Assembly: GCA_037447605.1 (NCBI GenBank)
Contig: CM074816.1
Location: forward strand, 2,260,525-2,324,524
Origin: Zygnema circumcarinatum SAG 698-1b
Taxonomy: Eukaryota; Plantae; Zygnematophyceae
DNA length: 64,000 nucleotides
Direction of reading: 5' to 3'
Part shown: positions 13,942 through 25,650 of the stretch, in pieces
How the letters are laid out: every line of letters starts with the position of its first letter
How positions within the stretch are numbered: the stretch's first letter is position 1
Notes under the pieces: model-generated
Databases searched by the model: none
Told to the model about the DNA's origin: nothing
Seen by the model: the letters and a program-made list of their open reading frames with translations, nothing else
Program-made: the position numbers and the translations under genes

Positions 13942-14878
13942 ATTATTAACTTGAGATATTAGGACGAAAGGCTAGAAAGGAATACCAAAGATTGGTCTGG
14001 GGTTGGTTTAGTTTGGGGTTTTGTAGAATTTGAATGCTATTTGGGATAGCATGCACGAACAATGTAGCATCAACCATGACAATGGTCTCGTCTATCTTCG
14101 AACTGTATTGAGAAAGCTGAAAGGGATGACCAGATTAACGCATCACGTTTGTCGTAGACGGTTGCCAATGTTGACATTCCAATATTATTTTTTTTAATCA
14201 TATCCAGTGCCTTGATTATTTAAAAAAGTTGCTTCTGTTTTTGCTTTTTCTTTTGCTTGAAACAAACAAAAGGAGGAAGAAAGATAAACAAGAGGAGAAG
14301 AGTAGAAAGTGAACGGAGGACAAGGGACGAAGGAAGGAACAGCGACAGAGAGGCAGGAAGCCAGCGAAAGGGAAACGGAATCGAGTGAGAGAGACAGGAG
14401 GGCAGGGAGAGAAGAGAGAGCGTAAGACACACAGAGTAGAGGAGTTGTGGAGAGGAAACCCAAGAGAAAAAAAAGGTAGTGAGATTGGGACGAAAGAGAT
14501 CGACTGAGAAAAAAAGTGAGTAAGACAGAGACAGATTGCAAATTCAAGGACGACAGAGAGATTTCAGACTAGAGACATGTAACGGTCTGCTCGAGCAGCC
14601 GGTCAGTGCTGCCATTGCGGAGCAGTCCTGCACCATTTGCTAGAATAATGAGTAAAGCTTGACTAACGATCCAGCAAGTTCGAGTTGTCGTAGGAGAGGG
14701 AAGACGAGGGGAGATCGATAAGGAGAGAGGGAAGGTGGGAGGGAGGGAGGGAGGAAAGAGGGAGAGGCGGGAGGGAGGGAGGGAGGGAGGGAGGGAGGGG
14801 AGAGGAGGAAGGGAGGGAGGGACGAGAGAGTGAGGGAGGGGAGAGGAGGGAGGGGACAGGAGGGAGTGGAGAGGAGGG

Positions 14879-14888
14879 NNNNNNNNNN
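14879..14888. other. Assembly gap (10 N); others at 22624-22633 and 51900-51909
   Basis: N runs embedded in polypurine/polypyrimidine tracts. The true lengths are unknown. Confidence 0.99.
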
Positions 14889-16865
14889 GGGGGAGGGGGA
14901 GGGGAAGGGGGAGGGGGAGCGGCGGTGCGGCGGCGGGAGGCCGCGCACCGTGCGACCGTTCGGCAACGGGGGAAAACCGTACTACAGTATAAGGGGGTCT
15001 TAGTATATCCGTACGGTCATGTCGGCCGCCAGGAGGAGGGCTGCCGTCGTACGGTTCGGAGATCTCCCGTTTGGACGTTTCAGCGTACGGCGATCGGCGA
15101 TGCGCGGCGGTCCTTCAGTCCGCGATGTGTCGCTGCCGTACGCGGGCGGGCGCCCCGAGGAGATCGGTGCCTGTAAAACCGAACAGCTTGAGAAATGATG
15201 AGATTTGAAGTTGAACTTTTGAAAGCCAGTGTCTCAAAATACAACTCTAGATTTGTGAACACGACTCATTTTGAGGAATGAGAAGTGAATTCCTATTTTT
15301 TTCTCAAGTTAGATTCGTATTGAGAACCAATTAAACATTGAAGAATCAATTATAGGTCGTGTTCAGTTGTCCTTCGGTCCACCGATCATCAATGAGATTT
15401 TAGCGGATCGCGAACGGTGTGGACCCGTAGGCTTGTACTGAAATCGTGGATCGGCTCGCTGGAAGTGTGGTACTGTACTGCAAAATTATTTCCCGGGTTA
15501 ACCGGATCCCTCGAATCGCACAGAACTAACTTGTCGAAAATTGGAATCCACACTTGCGACCTTATATATTGAGTCTCTGAACTTTGTTCTTAGACTTTTC
15601 GCTTACTTAAATCGAAAAAGTTCGCCCTCGAGTGTTTAAAGTTCAACAAGATCCAATTCCGACACTGATAATTAAGAAATTTAGGGCTAGTGATAAATCC
15701 ACCGTCTCTCACTGTCTCAACCTGCTCAGTTATTTCCGTTATAGCCACACGCAACGGTCCTAAGGAGGCCGCCGGGATTGGATGTACGGTCGGCAGATCT
15801 TTCCCTGGCCACCGACATTTTGTCCTTTGCGCTATCCTACCTTCATAGGTCTTGCCCTGTAATGCGGTTGGATGTACAGTCACGACAGATTGGTCTCGGG
15901 GAGATTGTCGGTTAGTGCCGACAATCACTACTTGTCCAGCCTGTTGAGGGAGATTGTCGGCGATTGTCGATTGTTGTCGACCGGATTGTTGCCTTTTTTG
16001 TCGTTTTGCACACTGGCGGCGTGTGCCGCATGTGTTGTGTGACTTTCGCTGGCACGGCCACGTGGCGGATGGCTGCTGGGGGGGAGCGGGGGAGAAAAAG
16101 TTTTGGTCTGCCCGCGGTCGCGGTCATGATTGCCCTCTCATGTCTCTGTTCCGAGCCGCTGTTCTATTTCTGCCACCAAAGCACTCGTCCCTAGGTCCTT
16201 CTGGGTCTTCGTGGTTCCCATGTTGTTGTTGTAGTTGTTGTGCATGTTTCACCTTTAATGTCAGATGCCATGTTGTTGGCCTACAGACCATGCATGCCCA
16301 ATTGTCCACACATCCCGTTCCATGGCGCAGTTGCGTGGTACCGGCCCGGTCAACCTCAGTCAGACTTCCACGTGGCCGCCCCTGGAGTCAACAGCCCGGT
16401 CAACTCCCCTTCCGGGGCGGCGGCGCCGACACGCGTCCGTCCGCGGGTCCCGCCGGCGGGCAGCCCGCTCAGGAAAAAGGAAAACCTTTACCTTTGGCCC
16501 ACACGTGCAATTCCGTATGGCGTCCCCTCGCTTTCCGCGCTGGGCTCGTCCGTGCGCACGGGCTCAGCCAGCGCTACATGGAGCCTGTTGAAAGTTGCGT
16601 TGTGCAAAACAGGGTCTGCCATTGCAGTCAACGACGTTCCATGCCCGTTTCACGCAGTTACAACATAGAGCCTCGTTCCGCGCTGCCCGTGAGCTCGCCA
16701 TCGCCCCGACTGCTGCCGGAGCTGCGCCCTCGCCATGGCGGCCGCGGTCGGCGAGCTATCTGAGGCTGCCACGTGTCGCCGCCTCGTCACAGAATTCGTC
16801 AGTTGCCAATGCGCCACCTTGGGGTCTGACACGGCCCTTATCCATGCAAAAATACAGGCGGTTTA

Positions 16866-19091
16866 ATGGATGCGCCCACGGGGAAGCAAGAGGAGGAGGA
16901 TGGGGAGGAGGAGGAGAAGAAGGAAGGCTTCTCTTCGGAGGGCAGTCCATGGAGAGAAGAAGATGTTATAGTCTCTTTGGAATCTTCTGATGAAGGAAAA
17001 GAGGCTTTTCTCAAGGAACCTCGAGCGATCCCTGCTGCAGAAGAGCGTGGAAGTGACGTTCCATTTCAGTTTAGGGGATCCGATGCATACAGGCAGGCAA
17101 AACGTGGAGAGAGTTCACAGTCCTTAGGGTTTTCCGTACGCTCCTTACTTCCTGGAGGAGGAGAGGGAGAAGAAGGAGGAGGGGTGAAGGAAGGTGAGGG
17201 AGGAGCGTCCAGGGAGCTCGCGGAGCTCGGGCTGTTTTCCGAAGAAGAGCGAACCTCTCTTGAAGGATTCCATGGCGGGTGGAGCAGGGGAGAGGAGGAG
17301 GGGATTGGGGAAGAGCTCAGGGAAGCCATGGCGACCTCCTTCTTGGAGGGGCTCCTGGAAGCGCCTCCGAACTTGGAAGCTCCGCGCTGGGTGACTGGAG
17401 AGTTTGCAGGGGCGCATGGGGAGCTGGAATGGCTAAGTAGAGAGGAAGAACAGGCGGAGGGCGGGACTCCTGGTGAAGTCACCGGGCCAGAAGGCAGACA
17501 GGGTTTTGAAATCTCGAAGCAGGAATCGGAGACCTCCGCATTAGCTTTATCAAGAGCTCCTTTACAGAGCAGTAGGGACGCCGCAGGGCTTCAAGAACCT
17601 CCCGGAAGCATCGGCACCATTCCGGAAGCTTCGTCGATCGGAACGGAAGCGATGCTGCATCGCCCCCTGAAGCGTGTGACAAAGGCCTCCGATTTGCTGG
17701 ACCCGGAAACCATAACGGTAGACCTTAGCTTTCTCAAAAGTGGACGGCAGCGAAAGGGAGTTGAAGCGGGAGGGGTTGTAAGCTCTTTGGAAGCTGCAAA
17801 GACTGGGGAAGAAAGCGGGGCACGTGAGGGACAGGAGGAGGAAGGAGAGAGTTTAGAGGGTGGGCTGACGAAGAATGTGAGAAGAGGGAAGAAGGGAAGG
17901 GAAGAGGAAGATCTGACAACAATTGGCGTAGTAACCGGGAGATTAGGAGTGGCTGTAGGGATGAGTACGGAATTGGAAGGGAGAGAGAGGGAGGGGGATC
18001 TTGCGAGAGTGACTCGGGGCGAGGTCGGGAAGGAAGGGGAAGGGTTGTCCGGGGAGAGAAGGGACGCCCTTGAGGGTACGGAGATGGAAGTGGAGGAGCG
18101 AAGGAGAGGGGAGGAAAAGACGGGGTTGGAAGCCGGGAGGGGGACCGAGGGAGGGAAAGCAAAGGAAGGAGAGGGAGATACGAGGAGATTGAAAGAGGGA
18201 ATGGCCTTGAGGGATGCACGTTCGGTAGCGAGACGAGGAGGTTCTTTGCGGCTATCTTCTGCACATGCAAAAGGCGGGAAAGGAGCAGGTCTCCCACCAG
18301 CTCCGACTAAGAGAGGCCGAGGAAAACGAAAAGGAAAGGAAGTGGATTTGAGCTCTACGGCTGCTCCCACACCACAGAAACAGGAGACGGAACAAAAAAC
18401 TCTCCAACAACCCCCCGTAAGTCTTAGTCCAACAACGGAAGTAGAAGAGAGAACTCCGATCGGATGGGAGCGGACTGTGTGGCAGCGTAGCGAGGCAAGG
18501 AGTTCCTCTTCTCCTTCTACAAGTGCTGGGGAGACTTCCCGAGTGCGGACGGCTGTGAGTCAACTCTCCGTGCCTGTAATGCAGCCGGGATTTGTCGTTC
18601 CTGCGAACATGTCCGCTTCTGAGCTGTTTGAACGGTTTGTTCGATCTGCACCACGAAAGACACCTCAAAAAAGTCACAAGCGGTCCACAGCATCCACTTC
18701 GTCATCACCCTCCTTTCAATCACAGGCATCCTCAAAAGCAGAGGTTGTAACATCGCCCTTTGGAGGTCGCCCCTCCACGTCAGGACTAGGCCAAGAGTCC
18801 ATGCAACTTTCAGCAGTGCCAATCTCCTCGACAAGCATTCAAACTGAGTCTTCAAATTCTCCAGCTATTGTGTTAAGGCAGCCGGTGCAAGAATACTCCT
18901 CAGAGTCTATCACTGAGGGCAACACAGCGTTAGTGCAAGCAGCAGCATCGTTTCTTGATCGACAACGAATGGGGGGACGAGAAGGAGGGAATGCAGCATC
19001 AGAACCTGCTAGGAAGCAAAGAGAAGATCTGCCACCAGTTGTCGAGGAGAGTGAGGACGACATAAAGCAGGGAAAAAACCAGGAAAGCTGA
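16866..19091 (+). CDS. 741-aa uninterrupted, low-complexity (Glu/Gly/Ser-rich) ORF of unknown function, probably intrinsically disordered
   Basis: A 2.2-kb stop-free frame that is not a simple repeat, with a basic NLS-like patch PTKRGRGKRKGK. A possible donor A|GTGAGG at 19061 to the AG at 19986 would give an alternative C-terminus. No recognisable domain. Confidence 0.55.
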   Translation: MDAPTGKQEEEDGEEEEKKEGFSSEGSPWREEDVIVSLESSDEGKEAFLKEPRAIPAAEERGSDVPFQFRGSDAYRQAKRGESSQSLGFSVRSLLPGGGEGEEGGGVKEGEGGASRELAELGLFSEEERTSLEGFHGGWSRGEEEGIGEELREAMATSFLEGLLEAPPNLEAPRWVTGEFAGAHGELEWLSREEEQAEGGTPGEVTGPEGRQGFEISKQESETSALALSRAPLQSSRDAAGLQEPPGSIGTIPEASSIGTEAMLHRPLKRVTKASDLLDPETITVDLSFLKSGRQRKGVEAGGVVSSLEAAKTGEESGAREGQEEEGESLEGGLTKNVRRGKKGREEEDLTTIGVVTGRLGVAVGMSTELEGREREGDLARVTRGEVGKEGEGLSGERRDALEGTEMEVEERRRGEEKTGLEAGRGTEGGKAKEGEGDTRRLKEGMALRDARSVARRGGSLRLSSAHAKGGKGAGLPPAPTKRGRGKRKGKEVDLSSTAAPTPQKQETEQKTLQQPPVSLSPTTEVEERTPIGWERTVWQRSEARSSSSPSTSAGETSRVRTAVSQLSVPVMQPGFVVPANMSASELFERFVRSAPRKTPQKSHKRSTASTSSSPSFQSQASSKAEVVTSPFGGRPSTSGLGQESMQLSAVPISSTSIQTESSNSPAIVLRQPVQEYSSESITEGNTALVQAAASFLDRQRMGGREGGNAASEPARKQREDLPPVVEESEDDIKQGKNQES

Positions 19092-19189
19092 CGAACTGGA
19101 CTATTGTTTGGGGTTACATGACTCAAAATCAGGCAGTTTCAATCATTACTTTTTCAATAGGGTAGAAATTATTTATCGCTAGTGTCGAA

Positions 19190-22100
19190 ATTCCTCGCCT
19201 TTGCGTTCCTCACTCCCTCGCGCTTCCTCGGGCCCCTCTACCTTCCCATCGTTTTCCATTTCTTTTTCCCCCTTTCGTCATCCTCCTTACCCCGGCTTCC
19301 ACCAGCACCTTACTCCCCCTCCCTCCCCCTCTCCCAGTCTCTATCTCTCCCTCCACCTTTCTCTCCCCTCCCCTCTCGTCCTCTCTCCCTACCCCTTCCC
19401 GCCCCATTTTCCCATCAACTCTCCCTTCCCCCCTCCCACTACCTCCACCTCGCACTCCCAAACTCTCCCTCTCCCAATCTTCCTCTCTTGCGCCTTTCCC
19501 CACCTCCCCCGCTCGCCCCCACTTTCCCGCTCCCCTTCACTTATGCGGTCCTTCCTCTTCGCCTCCCCACCACTGTCCTCCTCCCCCACTGCCCTCATCG
19601 CCGTCTTTCCACCTTTCGACACATTTTACAATCTTCCAGTCTCCATCTCTCGTCCCCTGTCCCCAACTTCACCTCTTCCCCTGTTCCCTTTTCCCCGTTT
19701 TCTCCCGTTCCGACTCTCACCACTTTTCCCTCCTCTCCTTATTTTGCCTTCTCTCTATCGACCCCGTCTCCCTCTTCCGTCCCCTGTCCCCTCTCCACCT
19801 CTTTCCAATCCCCTCCTCACCCCACCGCCCCTCCCGTTCCCCCTCACTCCTCCTTACCCCCCTCCCTCTTTCTTCCCTCCACTCTTACCCCACTTTTCTG
19901 CTCACACGCCTCTTCCTTTTCCAGTTTCAATCCCCTTTCGCTCCCTTCCCCAACCCCGCTCTCTGTTCTCCGCTTCCTCCTCCCAGTACGAGTGGAGAAG
20001 ATGGCAACTGGCAACCTTGCATTTGATATTTGAGGGTCAATCGAACGGTGGCGAACGCATATGCTACCACGGCTAATAACGTAGTGGGTCTCAAACCAGC
20101 TCCACGGTGCAGGCCTTAATATTCATAATGCTGCAAGGCTTTTCCTTGCAAACAGCAGCCATTACACCCTATTCAGAAAATGAGAAAGATTTGCCTACTT
20201 AAGCTCCTTGACTTGTCCGTAGCTAGATTTACCGGAAAAAAAAGGTAACAAAACCATTCAATTTGACAACAGCAACGCCTTTGCTGGAGTGTGTAGAACT
20301 TGCATTTCCGAGCACGCTTTAGCTGATGCAGAGCAAAGTTCTATGTGGTAGGGATCGCCATGTTTTTGTTCTTTGCTCCAGTTAGCCACAAGTTTTCAGT
20401 TTTGCACGCTTTATAACGGTTGTAGGTTCCGTAAGCATGAGAGGCATAGGGCACTAATTATGTTTTACCACCTTCGTTCATTGTATCAAAGTTTTTCAGA
20501 ACCCTCGCGTTGGCTGTAGGACTCTCCCGCACTATTAGTATGCCTTAGTGTAGGAAAATGAGTTTAATTTCGCGTTTCTAGAACCAGCACGATTAGCAGC
20601 TTTCTTATCACATTCTTGTGGGCATTTATGGTCCCTTTAGAAGAATATTGTACAGAAAGGATTGAAACTTAATACGATACATGGCCAGTTATTTCCATCT
20701 CTCCGTCTTCCCTCGCTTTCCTTCCTCTTTGCTCTTTTGATGCCATTTTTTATTCACAGTTTCAAATGTACGGTGAGCTGGTTCACTATTTCTTATTGTC
20801 GGGGTTAAGTTGATTGACTCTTTGCGCTCCCTGTCCACGCCTTTCTTTCTCCTCTCTGCATAATCCTCTCTGCGAAGCGGGAAAACGGGAGAAGAGGGGA
20901 ATGGGGAGAGGGAGGAAGGGAGACCGAGAGCGGGAGAAGGGGAGGGATGTAGGCAAAGAAAGGGTGGAAGGGGAGGGTGGAGGGAGGGAGACGGAGGGGG
21001 AGTTGGAGGGCAAGGGGAAGAGGGGAGAGGGGAGGGGGTGGGGGGCGGGGAGTGAGGGAGGTCGAGGGGAGAAGTGGCGGAGGGACTGCGGTAGGAGTGC
21101 CAGCGGAAGGGGGACGAGGAGGGGCAGGGGGAGGGGAATAGGGGGAGGGGGAGTGGGGGGGGAAGGGGAAGTGAGATGGGGAGAGATGGAAAGGAGAGGG
21201 ATGAGGGAGAGGGAGTAGGAGAGGGAGTGGGGGAGAGGAAGGAAGGCACGGGAAACGGGGAAAATACAGGAGAGGATGGGGTAGGGAAGGGAAGGGGGAG
21301 TGGGAAGGGCAGGGGTAGGAGAATGGGTTGGAAGAGGGCAGTAGGAGTGGGAGAGGGGGAAGGGCGGACGGGAAGGTGGAGAGGGATGGGGTTGCGATGT
21401 GAGAAGGGAGAGGGGGAGGGGAAATCAGAAAGGAGAAAAGCTGAAAGGGAAGGGGAGGGAGGGGGAGGGGAGGGCAGGGGTCGAGGATGAGGATGGGGAG
21501 GGCAGGGGTAGCGGGAGTGGCAAAGATAGGGGGAGGGGGAGGAGTTGGGCGAGAGGATGGGGGTGGGGAAGGTGGGCGGACAAAGCTGAGCTGGAGAATT
21601 GAAGTGGGAGAGAATGGTACATGGGGAGGGGGAGGGGGGAGGGTTGAAGTCCTAAATAAGGGTAGATATTGGGAGGGACAGAAGGAATGCTGGGAGGCTG
21701 GAGAGAGACGGAGAGGGGATTAGGGGAAGGGAACTCGGAGAGGAGAAAAGGGGAATTGGGAAAGGGGAGAAGCAGGACGTGGAGGGGGAAAGGGGGAGGT
21801 ATGAAGTAGGAGAGAGGGGTAGGGAGATAGAAAGGGAGACAGTGGAAGTGGGATGGAGCAGGGAGGGCGACGGAGACCTTGAGAAAGGAGTAATTAAGAG
21901 AGAAAGGTGGGGGGTAAGCGGGAAGGGGGAGGGAGGGATAGGGAGTGAGTGAGGGAGTTGGGGAAGGTCGAGGTAGGGGGGCGACGAGAAAATGGGGAAG
22001 AGGGGAATGGGAGATGGGAGCAGGGTCGGGGCAGGGGAGGATTGGGAATGGCAGGGGAAGCGAAAAGTTGAAAATGGAAGGAAAAGGAGAAAGAGCCTTC

Positions 22101-25100
22101 TGGAGGGAGATGTGAGAACAGTGAAGGCGAAGTTGCTCTTGATTTGGTACTAGAGCAGTGCGGGTATTGGAAGCTATATGAGTGGGAGAGACATGGCGAG
22201 AAGAAAAGATACGGGAGTTGAGGGCAAAGGTAGGGAGAAAATAGGTGGTATGTCTATACAACTCCTACAGCGGTATTACTACACGACACCCAGAAGTGCA
22301 ACATTGAACATTTACTGCCTTCCCACTGGCATCTGGAACTCACACAGGGTTGTTTTCGACGAGCCAACAAAGCTCGCAGGCATAAAGAGAAAAATTGAAG
22401 CAATCGAGTTTCATTGCGACTCCAAACAACGCCATTCTTTCCATCAATATGTTCTTTTTGAATACGGCCGAGTTCGCAAAACTTCTACATCTCCCAACGT
22501 CAACGGTATTCCTCCCCTCCTCTCTCCCCCTCGCCCTCCCCCTCTCCCTTTCTCCCCTTCTTTCTCCCCCTCTTTCTCCCCCGCTTTCTCCCCCTCCCCC
22601 TTCCCCTCCCCCACTTTCTCCCCNNNNNNNNNNACCTCCCCCTCCCCACCTCCCCATCCCCTTCCCCCCCCTCGCTCACCCCCCTCTCTCTCTCCCCATT
22701 TCTCTCTCCCACCCCCTCTCACTCTCTCCCTCTCTCTCTCTCGCTTTCTTTCTCTCCTGTCAGTGTCGTGTAGTGCCTTCAAGAGTTCTAAACTTTCGTT
22801 CGCTTAACGGCCTCTAGTCATCCTTCTCCGTCTATGTCGCCGTATTTCTACCCTTGCCAATTCACTATTCGTCAGGTCGCTCCCTCTACAACCCCTCTCG
22901 CCTACTAACCCTGCCTCTTTCCCCTTCCCGCTTTTTCCAATGCTATCCCCCGTCCTTCACCGCTCTCGCCTCGCCTTGACTCTACTCTGATCATCCCACT
23001 TCTTTCTGTCCTTCACTGCTCCCCACTAAATCCCCTCTCCGCCGTTTCCATCCTCCATCCTCCCCCGTCTCTCCCTCCTTCCCCCCTGCCCCTCCTTTTA
23101 CCACCCGGTTCTCCCCACCTCTTACTTCTTCTCTCTGCCCTCTTTTTTCTCTCCACTGCCCTTCCTGCCGTCTTCTCCTTTCCGATTTCCCGTCTGTTTG
23201 GTCCGTTCACTCCAGACCTTTCTTCGCCGTTATTCGTCTTGCCTCTATGATCTCTATTCTCCGCCAACTCCTTCCTCCTCTCTCGCTTCTCCCTCCTATG
23301 GGAGCTCATCGCTTCTCCGCCCCCTATACCCGTTTCTTCTTCTTTTCCTCTTTTCCACTCTCACCCTCTGTACCCCTGTCGTCCTTCTCTCCCTTCAAGT
23401 CACCGTTCCTTCGTCTCTTCCCCAGCCCCTTTTCTTCCCCTCTCTCCTCTTCCCTCTCATTCTCCTCTCTCCTTTTGCCCTGGGCCAGCTCCTCCATTCC
23501 CCCTGTTCTCGCGCCCCACCAAACCCTTCTTGTACTTTTGTCTGTCCCGTTCCAACTCGATCTCGATCCTTCTTTTACTGTTTGTTCGTATCTACTCTGT
23601 TTCATCATTCTGATCTTTTCTACCACCACACCTCCACCTGACACCACCTAGTCATCTCTTTGTTTAAACGCTTGCGTTACCAATGTTGGATCTTGGTCCA
23701 ATTGCAGTTTAAACGGAAAACTATTTCTGCCTTTAAGATTCGAACCCTTCAAGGATGCGTCGCGCACTGTCTTTAGAAATCCGCGCAGGAGGATTAGGAT
23801 GTGAAGCAGTACAAGGAAAATCGGAGACAAATCAGCTTTTATCACTTCATTACAGAAACTTGCCATGGCGGCGCATGCAATCCCTACTTTGCTCCTACGC
23901 GGGGCTTTGTATCCCAACACCATCTGTAAACAAGGTGTTCCTTATGTTTTTCGTTTATTCCTTGAGACTATTTCAGGGATCCATCTGATGGCGGCAGCGT
24001 TCGCGGTTTGTCTTCGCCTTGGCCCAATGAGGCCTTTCGTCCAAGTCTCGGCTTTTTGGAGAAGATTTGATCGTTCAGGTAGAGCTACGTATTTCTATTT
24101 GAGTAGTTCTGTCCTTGGTGTGAACATAACTATGAGATAGAAGCTTCGAAACACATAGAACCGGCAGCATCATGGCGTGATCGTTGCTCTTTACATGGCT
24201 GAGTAGCTCCAAATAAACTCCTCCCTGTTTCAGGATTTACAGAATGTGATCCGGGGCTGTAGGGCCTGCACAACGTTGCCTCTCATGGTTCAACCCACCC
24301 GCTTATCACGAAACCACGAGGAAAGGTGTCGGAAGTCAGATATGTGCAAGAAAGGAGAGAACGAAAAAAATGTAAGCAAAGGGTAGGAACAGAAGAAGCC
24401 GGTTTATACGTGACTGATAAAATAAAGGCAGGGAATCTGGGATTAAGGGAGAATAGACAAAAAAGAGCGGCGAATACGAGGAGTGGGAGGTGACAATGAG
24501 TGTCAGGGAAAATTGAAGGACCGAACAAGGGACAAATGATCAGGATTCCTGAGAGACGAGGCAGGGACAAGGGGTTCAGGAGCGTTGCAGCCTGGAGTAT
24601 AACGAGTTAAAGAAAGGTGAATCAAGGAAACAGAGAGAACGAGAACGGCTTCGAGGAGGAAGGGGCAGGAAGGGGAAGGGGAAGATGGCCGCGAGAGGTT
24701 AGGCGTAGAGTGGAGAAGGACGAGGCTTGAACGAACATAGGAGAGAGGGAGGAGGAATCGGAGCGATGACGGGAGTGGTGAAATGGACGGTGTTCGCGCA
24801 GGAGAGAAAAATGGTTGATCTGAATACGTGTGCAATGGCGTAAGAGTGACCGGGGGAGAGTGAAAGAGAGGCGAAAAGGGTGGGAGAGAATGTGGACTTA
24901 GCATGACCTGACACCTTCGTTTCCAAGCCCATTTCCGTGAAACTCTCTCTTCCTCACACGCTTGCCACTTTCTCTTTTAGATTGAATCTCCTTCCGCTCC
25001 TCCGCCTCCTGCTTTAGCGTTCCACAGCCACCTTCTTGCGCCCCATGGCCGGGGCCACTCGTTCTCTCCCTGCGTCTCCATATTACGCTCTTATCTCTCT

Positions 25101-25650
25101 CTAATCTCCTTACACCGTCTCTCACTTCCATCGCACGGCTTAAACTCTCGCTTCCATTTTTACGGCGCGTCCTGCTCTTGCCTTTTATTTTACTCTCATT
25201 TCTACCTCTCAGTCTCTCTCTTTCCTTACCGTATTTCTATCTCAGTTTTCCTCTCGCTGGTGTAATCTTCTCCTCTCCTTTGCTCTCGCCCACAATACAT
25301 ACAAACCGTACCGCCACTTCTTACCTCCCTCCCACTCCCCCTTAGCTCCATTTTCCCCGCCTCTAATCATCACGTTCTAAAATATAATTCTCTTCCCTTT
25401 CCCCACTCCCACTCCCTCCATGCTTCCCCCCTCACTCTCCTCCACCTCTCCCCCTCTCGCCCGCCCGCCTGTCCTCAACCTCCTCCTTTCTTCGCTATCC
25501 CCTCTCCCAATCCCCATCGCCATGCTTCCCTACTCTCCGAACATGTCGATCATTCCAGGATCCACCGACCAGGCATGGCTGGCATCACGGTCCCCCCTGC
25601 GCCCTCTCCCTCCCTCTCTCCCTCCCTCTCTCCCTCCCTCTCCCGCCCGC
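19190..25650. repeat. Alternating long polypyrimidine/polypurine low-complexity tracts with short unique islands
   Basis: CT-rich 19190-19985, 22500-23650 and 24900-25650; GA-rich 20880-22250 and 24300-24900. No coherent gene model could be built. Confidence 0.7.

Noticed and set aside
15590-15990. 112-aa minus-strand ORF and GATTGTCG repeats with a 9-bp hairpin (15903-15926), considered as a transposon remnant
   Set aside because: No transposase or RT motif, and no TIR or TSD pair identified.
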